A stretch of 64,000 nucleotides of DNA from Phallusia mammillata. Taxonomy: Eukaryota. The translations under genes were made by a program, and so were the position numbers. The stretch lies in assembly GCA_965637545.1 (NCBI GenBank), contig OZ281498.1:7440001-7504000 (forward strand), given 5' to 3'. Positions 12,901-24,800 of the stretch are shown here, piece after piece. Within the stretch, counting starts at the first letter, position 1; each line of letters opens with the position of its first letter. The notes below the pieces were generated by a model. The model was not told the DNA's origin. It did no database searches and saw only the letters and a list, made by a program, of their open reading frames with translations.

Positions 12901-15790
12901 TTCGTGCGGTGTGCTGCAGTTGTTTCCCTTTTTAGCCCTCACGCTTGTCACTATGTGTGGCATTCGCATCTTTCTTTTGAACCACATCGGTCGTTGGCAC
13001 TCGAGCGTTGCGCTATTGTTACGACTGTCACGCGAGTGAAGTGACATACTCCCCTTGCAGTTAAAACTTGCACTGTAGCATTCCACCTTCAGTGTACGAG
13101 ACCTTAAAAACTCTACATAAAGTTGCCATTCTATTTGAATAAGGTTAAAATTTCATGAAAGTTTTCGTCTTTTTAACAAACGTTTTGTATTCCAGGCCTG
13201 GAAGAGAGTAAGAGCATCGAGAAATGGAAACAGATCATCTTATCCCAAGACAAACTCCTGAAGGAGAAGCAGGAAAAGGTTGCATCCACCCATGTGGACA
13301 TCCAAAAGATCGAATCCGAGGTTCACCGATGGAGGACACAGACCCACGGAAAGAATTATGTCCAGGTAGCTACACGATTCCATATTAACAGAGATTTCTA
13401 TTTTCAATCGACAAAGCATTCCAAATCACATCTACGCTTGTCAACACTTATAACATAAAAATGCGATGGGCAAATGTTTAATGAGTGTATTGCACAAGCT
13501 TCGGTCTTTAGATAATGAGAACTAAACGTATTTTTATCTTCTGTAGGACACATACCTCTCCGGAATGGAAGCACCATCAGCAGCCTCAAAGTCTCGCTTC
13601 GGTTCCAACTCACTGCGTCCACCACAGTGGCTCGCCGAATGCCAGGACGCTGTTGCTCTAAGCGAGTACGTCGACTCCTGTCAAAAAGTGGTCGAGATGC
13701 AACTTAAGATTGAAGAGCACAAACGCCAGTTCGAGATCGTCCTTCAAGACATGCAGGACGAAGTGTGGAAGGCTTCCAATGATCCAAGTGCAAAAAGCCA
13801 GGCTGTAAACCCAATTACTGCAGCAGCATCGGCACTTGGTCTTGTACCCAGCAAAGACGATGGTGATTCAAGTGACGATGAGTCTAATACCAGGCACGAG
13901 TCGTTAATGGTTTCGAGCGGAAAGCAACAAAAATCCACCACTGACAATACCAATGACCGTGAGAAGATTGCCGCCGCTGAAGCTACACTAGAGGTGGAAC
14001 GGTCTAACACTGAAATGGAGGCTAACTTATATCTGAGCCTGCGTCTCTCCTCTGAACTCCAGGAGGTGGAACAGAAGATGGATTCCTCGCAGCGCTTGTT
14101 ACAGGTAATTTGCAGCAAACCATACCTTAAATCGAATAAAAGTAACATAACTAATTCATAGTACAGTAAAAGCTAAATAGAAACTGTAGCTAACCTTCTC
14201 ATTTTCACTTTTCAGGCAAAGGGAGAGACACTCTTGGCGATGGTCCGCAATCTCGCAGAGTCCCCAGACGGAATTTCGCCCGAGCTATGGGAAGAATACG
14301 GCGACCTCCTCACAGCATACGACGCCGAAGTCTCCTTGCAACGTTACCTAGCCGCGTGCGCCGATAACAAGGACGAAACATCGGCGAGCCAGTCAGAAGA
14401 CGCCGCAGCAGATGGTACTGACGAGCCCCTCTCTTCGCCAACCACATCAGCGCTCCATCACGCTTTATCACCTTGGCTGTGGTGCGAGCACTGTAAAATT
14501 GAGCTTGAACAACAGCAAAGAGGACATGCTTTTGACGGGCAAACACCACCTGTTTCTCCACATTGGATTAGCCACTCGGGAATGCCTTTAAATCTATCCG
14601 AGTTACCTCTCCCTTCGCCAACAGCAGTGACGTCGCCGCCGCGAGCCATCGCTCCCTTGCTGCCGATGCCACCGATTAACGTATGCAACGACAGCGACTA
14701 CGAAGATTTATCGAACGATAACAAAGGCGATGCCGCTACGTCAACCATAATATCGACGGAAAACGCGATACCTCGAGGCATGGTCCTGCGGCATTCAGGG
14801 CGCCACCAAAAGGACAAGCAGCAAATCGCCGCTCAATTGAACTACCTGGCCGTCAATCGTAACAACAGCGCCAACCATACCGATGATTCCGGCAATGCTT
14901 CTGCTACCAGTAGCCTTGCGAGTTCCAATAGCGATGGCGGCAGCATTGATATGGGAAGCAGAAATAGCAGCTGCGATGGCGGTTCCCCATGTCCGGGAGC
15001 AGAGAGCCAAGACTCCGGATCGTCTTCACCGTTTTTCATTCACGGCAAGCGCAGCGGCTGGATGTCGAAGTTTCCGTTTCCTCCAAAACACAACGAGGAC
15101 GGTAGAGGCAACTCAAGGTCACCTCTGCGCTACACACAACATCGTAGCAGCTCCAATGGCCCAATGAAACCTGTTGTTCCGCCTAAACCCAACGCAACCC
15201 ACTCCAACGAGCAAAAGCGTCTGCCTCGGCCCAGCAAAGATGATATGGATAGACTGCAGCAGCAGCAAAAGCTAATCAGGCGAAACAGTGGCGGTCGTAG
15301 ACGCAACCCAGCACCGACTAACGACGACAAGCAAGCTTTCGGCCGGCGAGCAAGCAGCTTTGGCAAAGCAGGTGTCGGTGTTTTGCCCAACCGTCTCAAC
15401 GGCCTTGTAAGTCATCCAATCGTCAACAACTCGCATTGCGATTTACGCCAACGGGACTCGTCGCAAAACAGAGGTGGCCAGAATAAGGTGCGTGCCGCCT
15501 CCACGAAGCCAAACTCTCAAATCGTCAACAAGGCCAAGCACCCTATGCGCCACGCGCCGTCTCCAATTGACATCATTTCGAATGTAGGGGGCGTCGCTTC
15601 TGCCCCCTGTTCACCCCATGGCTACCAGCACCAGAAGCTGCACCCGCGTGACCCACGGCGCATCCTGAACAGCGGAGACGTGAAGCGCCGTATCCACAGC
15701 GACACTTATGACAACGATTCAGACACTGGCCTTAGCTCGTTGCACAGCGCCGATTCGGATCTTGTCATGTATTCCGAAACGCTCGTTTAG
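5170..15790 (+). CDS. RASSF10: Ras association domain family N-terminal member, RASSF9/RASSF10-like; join(5170..6934,13196..13365,13547..14104,14216..15790), ~1355 aa
   Basis: N-terminal RA domain (TITVRMGREEKEISGLTRRTTCSDVLQALL...[38 protein letters not shown]), HGKNYVQ|DTYL motif across the exon 2/3 junction, coiled-coil segment, and C-terminal DSDTGLSSLHS...SETLV. All are hallmarks of RASSF9/10. GT-AG introns join in frame (phases 1,0,0). Confidence 0.9.
13128..13143 (+). other. Exact copy of the ascidian 16-nt spliced leader (ATTCTATTTGAATAAG) followed by GT
   Basis: 16/16 match to the Ciona SL exon; followed by GTTAAA; in RASSF intron 1, 52 nt upstream of exon 2. Confidence 0.85.
13196..13365 (+). 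CDS. RASSF10: RASSF9/10-like coding exon 2 (GLEESKSIEKWKQIILSQDKLL...HGKNYVQ)
   Basis: Acceptor ttttgtattccag, donor CAG|GTAGCT; 170 nt, phase 1 to 0; not in the ORF track. Confidence 0.9.
13547..14104 (+). CDS. RASSF10: RASSF9/10-like coding exon 3 (DTYL..., coiled coil)
   Basis: Acceptor tttttatcttctgtag, donor CAG|GTAATT; 558 nt, phase 0-0. Confidence 0.9.
14216..15790 (+). CDS. RASSF10: RASSF9/10-like coding exon 4 (ends ...DSDTGLSSLHSADSDLVMYSETLV*)
   Basis: Acceptor attttcacttttcag; open to TAG at 15788-15790; conserved RASSF9/10 C-terminal motif. Confidence 0.9.
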   Translation, partial: AKGETLLAMVRNLAESPDGISPELWEEYGDLLTAYDAEVSLQRYLAACADNKDETSASQSEDAAADGTDEPLSSPTTSALHHALSPWLWCEHCKIELEQQQRGHAFDGQTPPVSPHWISHSGMPLNLSELPLPSPTAVTSPPRAIAPLLPMPPINVCNDSDYEDLSNDNKGDAATSTIISTENAIPRGMVLRHSGRHQKDKQQIAAQLNYLAVNRNNSANHTDDSGNASATSSLASSNSDGGSIDMGSRNSSCDGGSPCPGAESQDSGSSSPFFIHGKRSGWMSKFPFPPKHNEDGRGNSRSPLRYTQHRSSSNGPMKPVVPPKPNATHSNEQKRLPRPSKDDMDRLQQQQKLIRRNSGGRRRNPAPTNDDKQAFGRRASSFGKAGVGVLPNRLNGLVSHPIVNNSHCDLRQRDSSQNRGGQNKVRAASTKPNSQIVNKAKHPMRHAPSPIDIISNVGGVASAPCSPHGYQHQKLHPRDPRRILNSGDVKRRIHSDTYDNDSDTGLSSLHSADSDLVMYSETLV

Positions 15791-16355
15791 TTATTTTTGT
15801 ACACGCAATTTGTTGTCCGTACCACCTTTGCGGGGTTGTCAGGCCGCACGCGCCTGCTGCACGACCTTACGGGGTTAAGGTGTGGCGTATCAAACTGGGA
15901 TTTAATTTGTCAAATCCACACGATGTCTAATTTTAGTCGACCGCAAGTCGAAAAAAATAGATGACTTGCAAAATATTGCGGATAGATTCCGCGCCTTTTT
16001 TCCGCAAGTGTACAGCGCCAGCCCTACCGTTACCTCCAGAAAGTATTGTTTATGTCCATGTTTTCCAGCTGCAGTCAATCATGCTCGCATGTTTTCCCTT
16101 TCCTTGCGCATTTGTCTTATTCTTTCCCACGAGTGTTACTTTGGTATCGCGTGATTTCGCGGACGCATTGCTCCACCATTGTTCTCTGCTTGCGTGTTCG
16201 TTCAGTTTGCGCCAAAGATAGTTTTTTGTTGTTTCTTATTCAGTTCCATTCTGATTGGTTCATCCGCCACTCACGTGATGTTGCTTTGACCAATCGCTGC
16301 CCCTGCGGTGGTATTGCGCAATATGCAGTGTGACATTTTACTTTTTGTGTGAAGA

Positions 16356-16361
16356 AATAAA
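16356..16361 (+). terminator. Candidate polyadenylation signal of the RASSF gene
   Basis: AATAAA ~570 nt after the stop codon. Confidence 0.35.
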
Positions 16362-19300
16362 TCCAAAAATACGTAAAATTTCCAGTATTGGTCATGTGTG
16401 GAGCTATAACAAGAGCAGGGAAAAACGTAAGAGTCCACAAAGGTGGCAATTACTGTCAGATGACGTGCATAAAACCACGGGACAAATTTAGTGAGAAAAT
16501 CGCACTTAGATTCCTTCCTAGAGAGCATTAACTCAGCAAAAACATGGGTCTCAAATGGTAGTAGATCTACAGTTCGTGACCAGTCCTGCCGGAGCATTTC
16601 ATTGGACCACTGCATGGCCCTGTTTGTCACGAAAGGTTCTTATCCGCAGTTAGAGTCTATCGCTCGGTTCAAGTGCACGTGAAGAGCGCAATTAGAAGCT
16701 TAACAGGAGTTGGTCCCGAGTTGCCTTCGCCCGTGGAGGTCAACAGTCGTCCCTACTTTTGTTTTTGTGTCGCAGCTAACGCCGCAGGGCTAGAACTTTG
16801 CTAGAGTCAGATTTGCGGTGAGTGATTGCGACGATTAAGTGGCCAGGGTGATTGCGCGACCTTCACATAAATGATAAATCCATTTTTAGCAATACTTTGA
16901 TTAGATACTGGGCAGGCAACGGTAAAGCAATTACCAGGTGACTAATGCCAGTTCAGCACCGGATTCGCCTATAAAAGCATTCATGTGATATAAATAAGTT
17001 ACAAACACAATATTTCACCACTTAAACGAAATTCAAAGGCTGGCGAATTACTAAAGCCTAAAAGCACCTAATCCATGTGGAGTGGGAGAATTTAGCCACA
17101 AGAATAAAAACCAACAAACAAGGGTCTGTGTTACACCACCGAGTAAACATATTTATCCCACTTGTGCATCACGCTGTAACGAAAATAACTTGGACAAAGT
17201 TAGTTTGCGCACAACGCAAAATCTTAGTTTCAAAGTCTGCATTTTCTGAGCACCAGTCTTAAGTACTTTGCGATTTCCATTCGATTCGACATCAAACACT
17301 CCACAAGCTGTTCGACAACTCCCAAAATACGAGTCCTTCACAGCAAGTGGCTTCGTATTCAGAGCGGAATTGCTTCGAGTGGTTGCGACCGGCAAAACGG
17401 ACGACTCGTAAGTAAGGCGAGGATCTCAGCTTCTAGAACCGGAAATCCAAGACTTTCCTGGCGTAAACATAGATGCCTCTTCAGGTATCACACCGATGTT
17501 CCATCACTTTTCTCGGTTTTACACCAGTGTGTATTATACGTTTCTCAGTTTCCTCTATTGTTTGACTGTACGGCTTTCGTATGGGTTGAAACATAATTGC
17601 GGTGTCGCAAACTTGTTGTGTCGTATCAGAGATATTTTCATATTGGCAGAATCAGGGTTCACCCGAAAGCGTACAAAAAACTCCCAAACTCCAAATTCAA
17701 CCAAATTGTAGTAAATATTTTTTATAAATGAAGTCCCCTTGCAAGTAAAGCAAAGGACTGTGACGATTCAGGGTCATATATTCATAACTGTAGGAAAATT
17801 TAGAGTGAAAAACATTAAATTAAAGACTGTATTTTACTGTTTTACAAAAGAAATGCATTTCGCTTTAATTAGCACCGCCAATGTCAACCAAGCTGGTTAA
17901 AACATTAACTTAGCATGTTTAAGTTTCGTCAACACCACAAGCATATGTTTTTCGGTATTGGAATTTTCAGTCTGGTATAGAGTACATGGTATACTGTCTG
18001 GACACCATTTGCATTGTTTAATTTGCGTTTTTGCCTGATGTTGAAGTTCCAATGTGATTAGGGTTAATTTTAGGCAATAAAAAGAAATTAAACTAAAGTG
18101 TGCGGTACTGTAGAAGAGATCAACGTATGTACAGCTGGTGACGCTTATATAGGCGCCAAATTTAATGTCATCACTCTTAAAGTCAACAACATTTATTTCC
18201 ACCAGATCTGAGGTGTTGGTTTCACAATGATTACGTCGGTTTCATTTTACAACCCATTCCCCCATTACTAGCACACCGATACGCTTTCCCTATTAAACGA
18301 TACTTTTACCCCCAGAAAAACTACCTAATGCGATCGACCCTTGCGCAAAGGGTTAGCTCACCCCTAACCCCATAGCAGAAAATTAGCAGAGAAGGACCCT
18401 CATTTTTCTACCTACGCAAGTCGCCAATGTGGGATTACTTAATCGCAGGTCAGGTTGCAGACAGTCGTTCGTCCTTCTCCACTTCCCATGACAATCCTAT
18501 AGCGTTCTTTGTCGTTCTCAGATGGGTTAGGTTTCTTGACGCCCCTAGAGTCCCTTACCCTTTTCCTTGAGCATGTTGAGAGCGCGAAATCGTCCCCAAG
18601 CAGTCTTAGTTGTGAAAACATGCATTGTAATGGGAGCGTGCAAAAGTTGGTTTGCCGTTGTTTTAGCTAATCGCATTGCTTGTTGTAATCTGTCCAGCTT
18701 GACGTAAATCGTATGTCCAGTGACCTTTTGTTCCAGTTCAACAATTACTGCTCATTTGCTAGACATTGAATCAGAATGTCTAAAATCTGATTTAACGCCT
18801 TTTTTGAAAACTTGATAAAACGTACATGAAAATTTGATCAAATAGGTTGCATTGTAAATGTCGTAGTAAAGGTTTTTTAAATTTTCAAATAAAAATAAAA
18901 ATGGATTATTCCAAAGCATGGCCAAGTGCGAATTACACGTAGCCATAAAATCGTATTGTCTTGTGGAGGTTCCAACATACCACAATGGTTAAAAACCCAT
19001 CAATGCCTTTACTTGCAAATCTGCGGCAAAGACGAACTAACAAAATCAGGCCGAAAAAGCATTAAAGAAAATAAGTATCCTTAAAAGTTACCGTCCGAAC
19101 GCTGGTTAAGCTCAGACAATAGTGAGGTAATGAGGCTTTTTTCTGTACTTTATGGGGGCCCAATTACCCTGTTCGTTTTACGCTTGTCAGGACAAACAAA
19201 CAAACCTCCTTGCGTAAGTTTAAACTGGTACTGCAGAAAAATGCGAGGACTTGCGACGCTTTGATATAGAAACCGTATGGTCAGCTGTCCAGGGCTGACA

Positions 19301-19889
19301 GGAGCCTTAAATAATTCCGTATCCAGTGGTCACATGCACTTTTAAGCAAATTTTAGGCAAATGTAGCTTTTTGTGCAACTTGTTAAGTATTTGGAGAATC
19401 TTCTGTTTAGAACTGAGCAGCTATGATGGCGCGGAGTTTTGAGCTGTGGTGCGCATGACTTGTGTTCCGAGTGCACAGGGTATGTGGTTAAGTATTTGAT
19501 GAGGCGAGAAGAATAACAGAAAAGGGCATAGCTTTCTCAGTGAGTCTTTCGGAAGAATGCAATGAGTGAAGATAAGAAAACATCTCGAAAATATTTTTGA
19601 CTTTTATGTCTATCACTTTATAAATGCCCCATAAATGTTTCATTCAAACAATCCATATCCGTTTTCACATGTCTCTTTTGATAACACAATGAACCATGTA
19701 AAATAGGTAACTTATGATGTTTGTAGGCATTTGTAGTATAGGACAGTTGCGCAGATGTCGTGGTTTACTGTCTATGTTATCGTGTGTTTAGTTTATTAGA
19801 CCCTGGACCATGTCTGTCCAGCATGACCATTAACGGACTAAATGCAAATATCAACTAATAAAACAGTGTGAAAAAATATTTCTGTAAGT

Positions 19890-20200
19890 CATGAGGACCC
19901 CCAAAAAACATCTTTACAGAGCCATCTGTATTCACAGACACAGATTTAGAAACGCTGTTACATAATCTGTACCAATACACGCATAACGGTGCGCTATCTC
20001 AAACAATGACATCACCTGTCTGGCTTCTGCCCCAAGCAAACGATCCCCCATATTTTTACCGCAAAACAGATATCCTACACAGGGAGACGCAACACTAAAC
20101 ACTTTGTGACGTCAAGACTTTTGATAGCTGTCAAGCACACGGAGTGACGAGCCTTGATTCCCGCCTCTGGGATGTTTCGAAAAACCTCAATATTATCACG
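19890..20200 (+). mobile_element. Decayed non-LTR retrotransposon (RTE/L2-like) reverse transcriptase fragment
   Basis: Frameshifted RT motifs in the expected order: YRAI (cf. YRPI), LETLLHNLYQY, SGFCPKQTIPHIFTAKQI (20019-20072; cf. QAGFRPGRSTIDHIFTLRQI), FVDVKTFDS (cf. FVDxKKAFDS), GCFEK/LNII. Confidence 0.5.
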
Positions 20201-21472
20201 ATTTGTTGCCACTGTCAAGTCTATCAGCACAAGGTGTGAGCTGTTGCACCACAAAGCAAAGCGTTTGTATATTTTGAAGGCCCGGTGGTCGGGTCGCGGC
20301 CGGTGCAGCCGAATTGTTGCCCGAAGGAATTGATTTTCTGGTAGAATGAAGCGATTGTAAGGCAGCGTTTTTGCGTGCCTTGTCATATTTTGACACGTGC
20401 TACCCGGTTTCGTTGCTGATAAGATGTAATGCCGTTAGCTGACTTTTAATTAAACACATGCGTGCGTATTTCCTTTGCCAAGTGGTTAATTGGTGGATCT
20501 GTTTTGAATAGCTTGACTCCATACATTTTTCCATTTACGGTCTTTTTAAGTGGCGAGTGTGGAAATGACTCTCTGTATATCTTAAAAAATTGTCCTTTGC
20601 AGGCTTCTACCTTGACTTTTTGTGCCATGTGAGAGAAACAACAATACAAATAGGATCAATTTACAACCCAACTTATAGTTAACATTCAGCGGTGTTTTGT
20701 TTTGAATGTTTAAACAGGACTACCCCGATTGGGTCTTAAACACATGGACTAGAACAATACCAGATGAAGTATACCAGCTGAGCTATCCATAAGGATTATA
20801 CTAGCAAACACCTGTTTGTCTTATACGACAGTAGAGTTAGCCTTGCCCAAACAAACATCATAGACAATCTATAATACACCACTTAATTGGAACAAAGCGC
20901 TAAAACTGTCCAGTTCTCATTGGCTTAAAAATACACCTACATGAAGATGTTTTACCAAATATTAATTCAAATCTACAACGTGCCGGAGTCTAAACCAATA
21001 TTTTCCATATTTGCACAGAACCCTAACTATGATCTATTGCGTGGACTTTTGCTTCCCCACTTCAAACGTATGCAAAGAGTACACAGTTCAGTAATAGACT
21101 TAACAACTACAGCAACAGGAGATAACCAAACGGGCTAAGCGGTGGATGAAAAAGAAAATTACCGCAGCGCGGCACAAGGAAAGACGATTTATATGGGAAC
21201 TCAAAACCGCAGGTTTAACGCAGACCAGGACATTTTGTCACAGGCAAATACTATATCCCTGCCTAAATGAAATTGACATTTCCTTTCAAGTCTTAAAACG
21301 CTTTATATAACCCCAGTCATGATTTTATAGGATTTACGAAACACTGTCTTAATGATAAGTTGTGTATTATTCAAAAAGCATGGCAAATGCAAGGCTTATA
21401 TTTAATAACACAGCAAGGCAGACCGCCACACCGACAAACTATAACAGAGTACAAAGCGAGTAATTAAAGAGT

Positions 21473-21478
21473 TTTATT
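21473..21478 (-). terminator. Candidate polyadenylation signal of MyBP-C
   Basis: AATAAA on the minus strand ~300 nt after the predicted stop. Confidence 0.4.
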
Positions 21479-21771
21479 CACACAGTTTAAAGAGTGAGTC
21501 ACGAGTAGAAGCAAGAGTACAAGTCAGATGAAGTAAGTGTCGAGCGAGAAAGCAGATTTGTAGAAAGTGGAAAAATGTGACTCGAGATGGGAAAGAAAAC
21601 ATTCATCCTTGGGCTGTAAAGCATCAATACAAGGTAAGAATATTTTTTGCAATAAAGGTGAACAAAAAAGTTCAGCATGGAAAAGATAAAAGGTCCGCAA
21701 ACGTTTTTGGTCGCAGCATGCGTTTGCGTCTTGTTTTGAGACCCCAATCAGTAAACAAAGAATTAAAGTTG

Positions 21772-21812
21772 TTAAGAAAACATTGAAGGATAACTTTTGA
21801 TTTTTTTGCAAG
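21772..21812 (-). CDS. MYBPC: MyBP-C exon 29 (tentative terminal exon, [13 protein letters not shown])
   Basis: Best downstream acceptor (tttcttatatacatttag); phase 1; TAA at 21774-21772. Confidence 0.45.
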
Positions 21813-24800
21813 CTAAATGTATATAAGAAATATTTTATGTATTATGAAAATCAGTGTGCGATTTATAAACCACCTTGAATCTCTGAGCTCTCTCAAAATG
21901 TTGCTCAAGTTTATGCGCATTTGGCAAATTGCTTCAGTGTTTTATTTTCTATATATTGGTGTTTATAACAACTACAAATAATTCGACTTACATTTAAATT
22001 CCTTGACAGTGACTTCAGCCGAGCAAGAAGCCTCTCCGAGTTCGTTTGCAGCTGAAACTGTGTAAACTCCGGCATCGCCAGCTCTTGCACGACGAATCTC
22101 CAGCTGGACGATTCCTGTAGCATAAAAAAATACAAGCTTATACACTGCAATAGTCGCATCCCTCATACAAATAGCATAATGATAAACTCGTTGGTCGATT
22201 AAACATGCTATACCGAATCAAGCCAGTCTAGCATTCCAATATGGCAAGGCATAGACAGGCTAGAACTATGGTGGCATTTGAACCCACGACAGAAGCCTTT
22301 CTGGAACAATGATAAACTGTTTGAGCTAACAAGTTCCCAAGATTTAATAACAGTACCCTACATTGACATTTATGATAGAAACTACAAAAAAATATAAGCA
22401 TATACGGTACCGTAAACAAGACTTCGTAACTATCAGTTGAATCATACCACGTAAAACCTTTTTAAACAGGACCAGTTTATGCAGCTTTGCAAACTTACCC
22501 ATAGCTTGAGTCATCTTGTACTTGGGGTTGTCAATAATTTCCACCTTATTCTTGTACCAACGGACTTTGGGACGGGGGTTGCACTTTAAAGCACAGCTCA
22601 ATGTCCCGTTGTAATTCTCCACAATACGTCGACTGTTCAAGACCTGAGTAAACTCGGGCTTGATACGGAAATCCATAGCAGGGTAATCGGGTTTCTTGTA
22701 CACAGTTTCTAGGAACAACAAAAACAAGGATCAGATTTTTAAGACCCTTTTTTGATCTGTATTGCCATATTGTTTCTTGTGGATGAAAAATACGGTAAAG
22801 CAACTTTAAAAATTTAGTGCAAACACGGAATGTTGTGTTACCTGCAAGTGTTTTCATGACTTTTAGAAGCAAAAATTGAAATAAACGTAAAATAACACTT
22901 TAAGATGTAAGAACAGGGTATGAATCAAAAAAATCTTGTGTGTAGTAACTGTGTGTAGCAATTTAGTGATGGGTCGAGTACCCGGTATCGATGATATCGA
23001 ACGATTTCAGTGGTATCGATACTCGTACTCGGTATCGAAATATTTTGCCTCAGTTTTCGATACCAACGTTCGAGTACCGAAGGCCGATTTAGACAATAGG
23101 AATACGGGCAACTTTATGCCAATATTTGCTTCGGATAGCACAAAATCGGGAAAAAGTTCCGCCAGGTTACGTATATCTTTTTCGCTATCACGGGGAGATT
23201 ACATTTTTCGGCATGTGTGTGTGCACGCCTGTACCCCGACCATGGCAGATAAATTAGCCAGTGATATACAACTAAGTACAACACTACACCTAAGTACTCG
23301 GTAATCGTACTCGGTATCGAAGGTATATACATGTAGTACTCGTACTCGGTATCGGTACTCGCTTCAAAACCTGGTATCGTCCCATCACCATATAGTATAT
23401 TATGTAGTCTTGAACTCTTGAGTCACCAGCAAAAATTTAAACATGTGATTAAACATTCACCCCAAACCTCCGTAGTCTAGGGATTTTGAAGGTCATGTTT
23501 TATTTACAAGGGACGTTTATGTGTAAACAGTTACTGGAAATTTAATTCATCAATCAAAATCAACCATTGTGTACAGTTTGTGTCATCTCCATCGAAGTAT
23601 TTGCATTCAAAACCCAACACAATCCCCAAAGCGGCAAGCACCAATAGAGATTACTATCGTAAAAAAGTCCAGCTATGCATATGACGTAATAAAGCGCTAA
23701 AAGTTACATAAGCCCCCAAATAGTTTTCGTGCCAAAAAAGGACGAAATTCGGGTCCGAGATGTCATGGTATCAATCATGTTTAACAACGAGTGTCGGCAT
23801 TCGTGGAGATAGCATCTGTTTATTTTCGGGGGCGACGCAGTAATTTGAAGAAATTTTGTAATTGGCTGCATTGCCCAGGCTAGTTTGACCTTTGCTGCTA
23901 TTTCATGTAAATGCTTGACAGTAGCCAAACTATTTGTACAAAAATGTGTTTAAAAACGAAGAAATTTGGAGTGAAAAAGCAGCGTACACTTCGACTGAAC
24001 CTCAATATTGTCAGTTCCTTATTAAATTGAAAAGATCCGTAGAAAACGTTCTACTCTCCTAACAACCTGAATTAAGACTAAACCTTAACGACGGAAAATG
24101 TGATTAACATATATCTCAAAACAATATTTTTACAATATCAAAACAATATGATATTTATAGATTTGGGTAACTTGTGGTATTAAATAATAGATATAGTACC
24201 AAGCCCACCATATAAACTACGCAGACAAGGGAAAAACTCACATTTGAAAATAAAGGTCTAACTGTCTTATGCGTCAAACTGTAGAATATGATTGGATTTT
24301 GCTTCAAGGTCTTTGGAAACTGATTTGCCGACAGAGGTCTTTCAACAAATCATATAAATTTGCTTTGCTTTGGTAAAACAACAAATTGGCCACAACAAAC
24401 TTACTTTCTTTCGGTATGTTTGCGCCATCCTTGGTTGCGTTTGATTCTCCCACACCGACTTCGTTAAAAGCTTTCACACGGAAGTAGTAATTGTTGCCCA
24501 ACACAAGGTCGCTCACTTGACATTGCTTGTGACGTAGTTTGTCGTACACAACATACCTGTGGACATTAGAGAAGGGTGGTGATTCTATTTGAATAAGAAA
24601 AAATCCACAAAAGGCTATCAAAAAGATATATTGATTAAACCTGTAATTTAACACAAAAAAATGAGTGGATTTTAATCTTTATTTTGCTATTAGTAACTCA
24701 ACAAATAAACTTCTACATCTATTTTTGTGCATATATATAACGAACAATGTATATATGCACCTAAAAATTAGTTATATTTTAACACATGGTATATTCCCCT

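Noticed and set aside
11329-13039. 162-, 115- and 128-aa ORFs in RASSF intron 1
   Set aside because: No homology cues or coherent exon structure.
17440-17484. CTGAAGA...GAAAGTC hammerhead-like string on minus
   Set aside because: Extra bases before GAAA, no helix III pair and no stem I.
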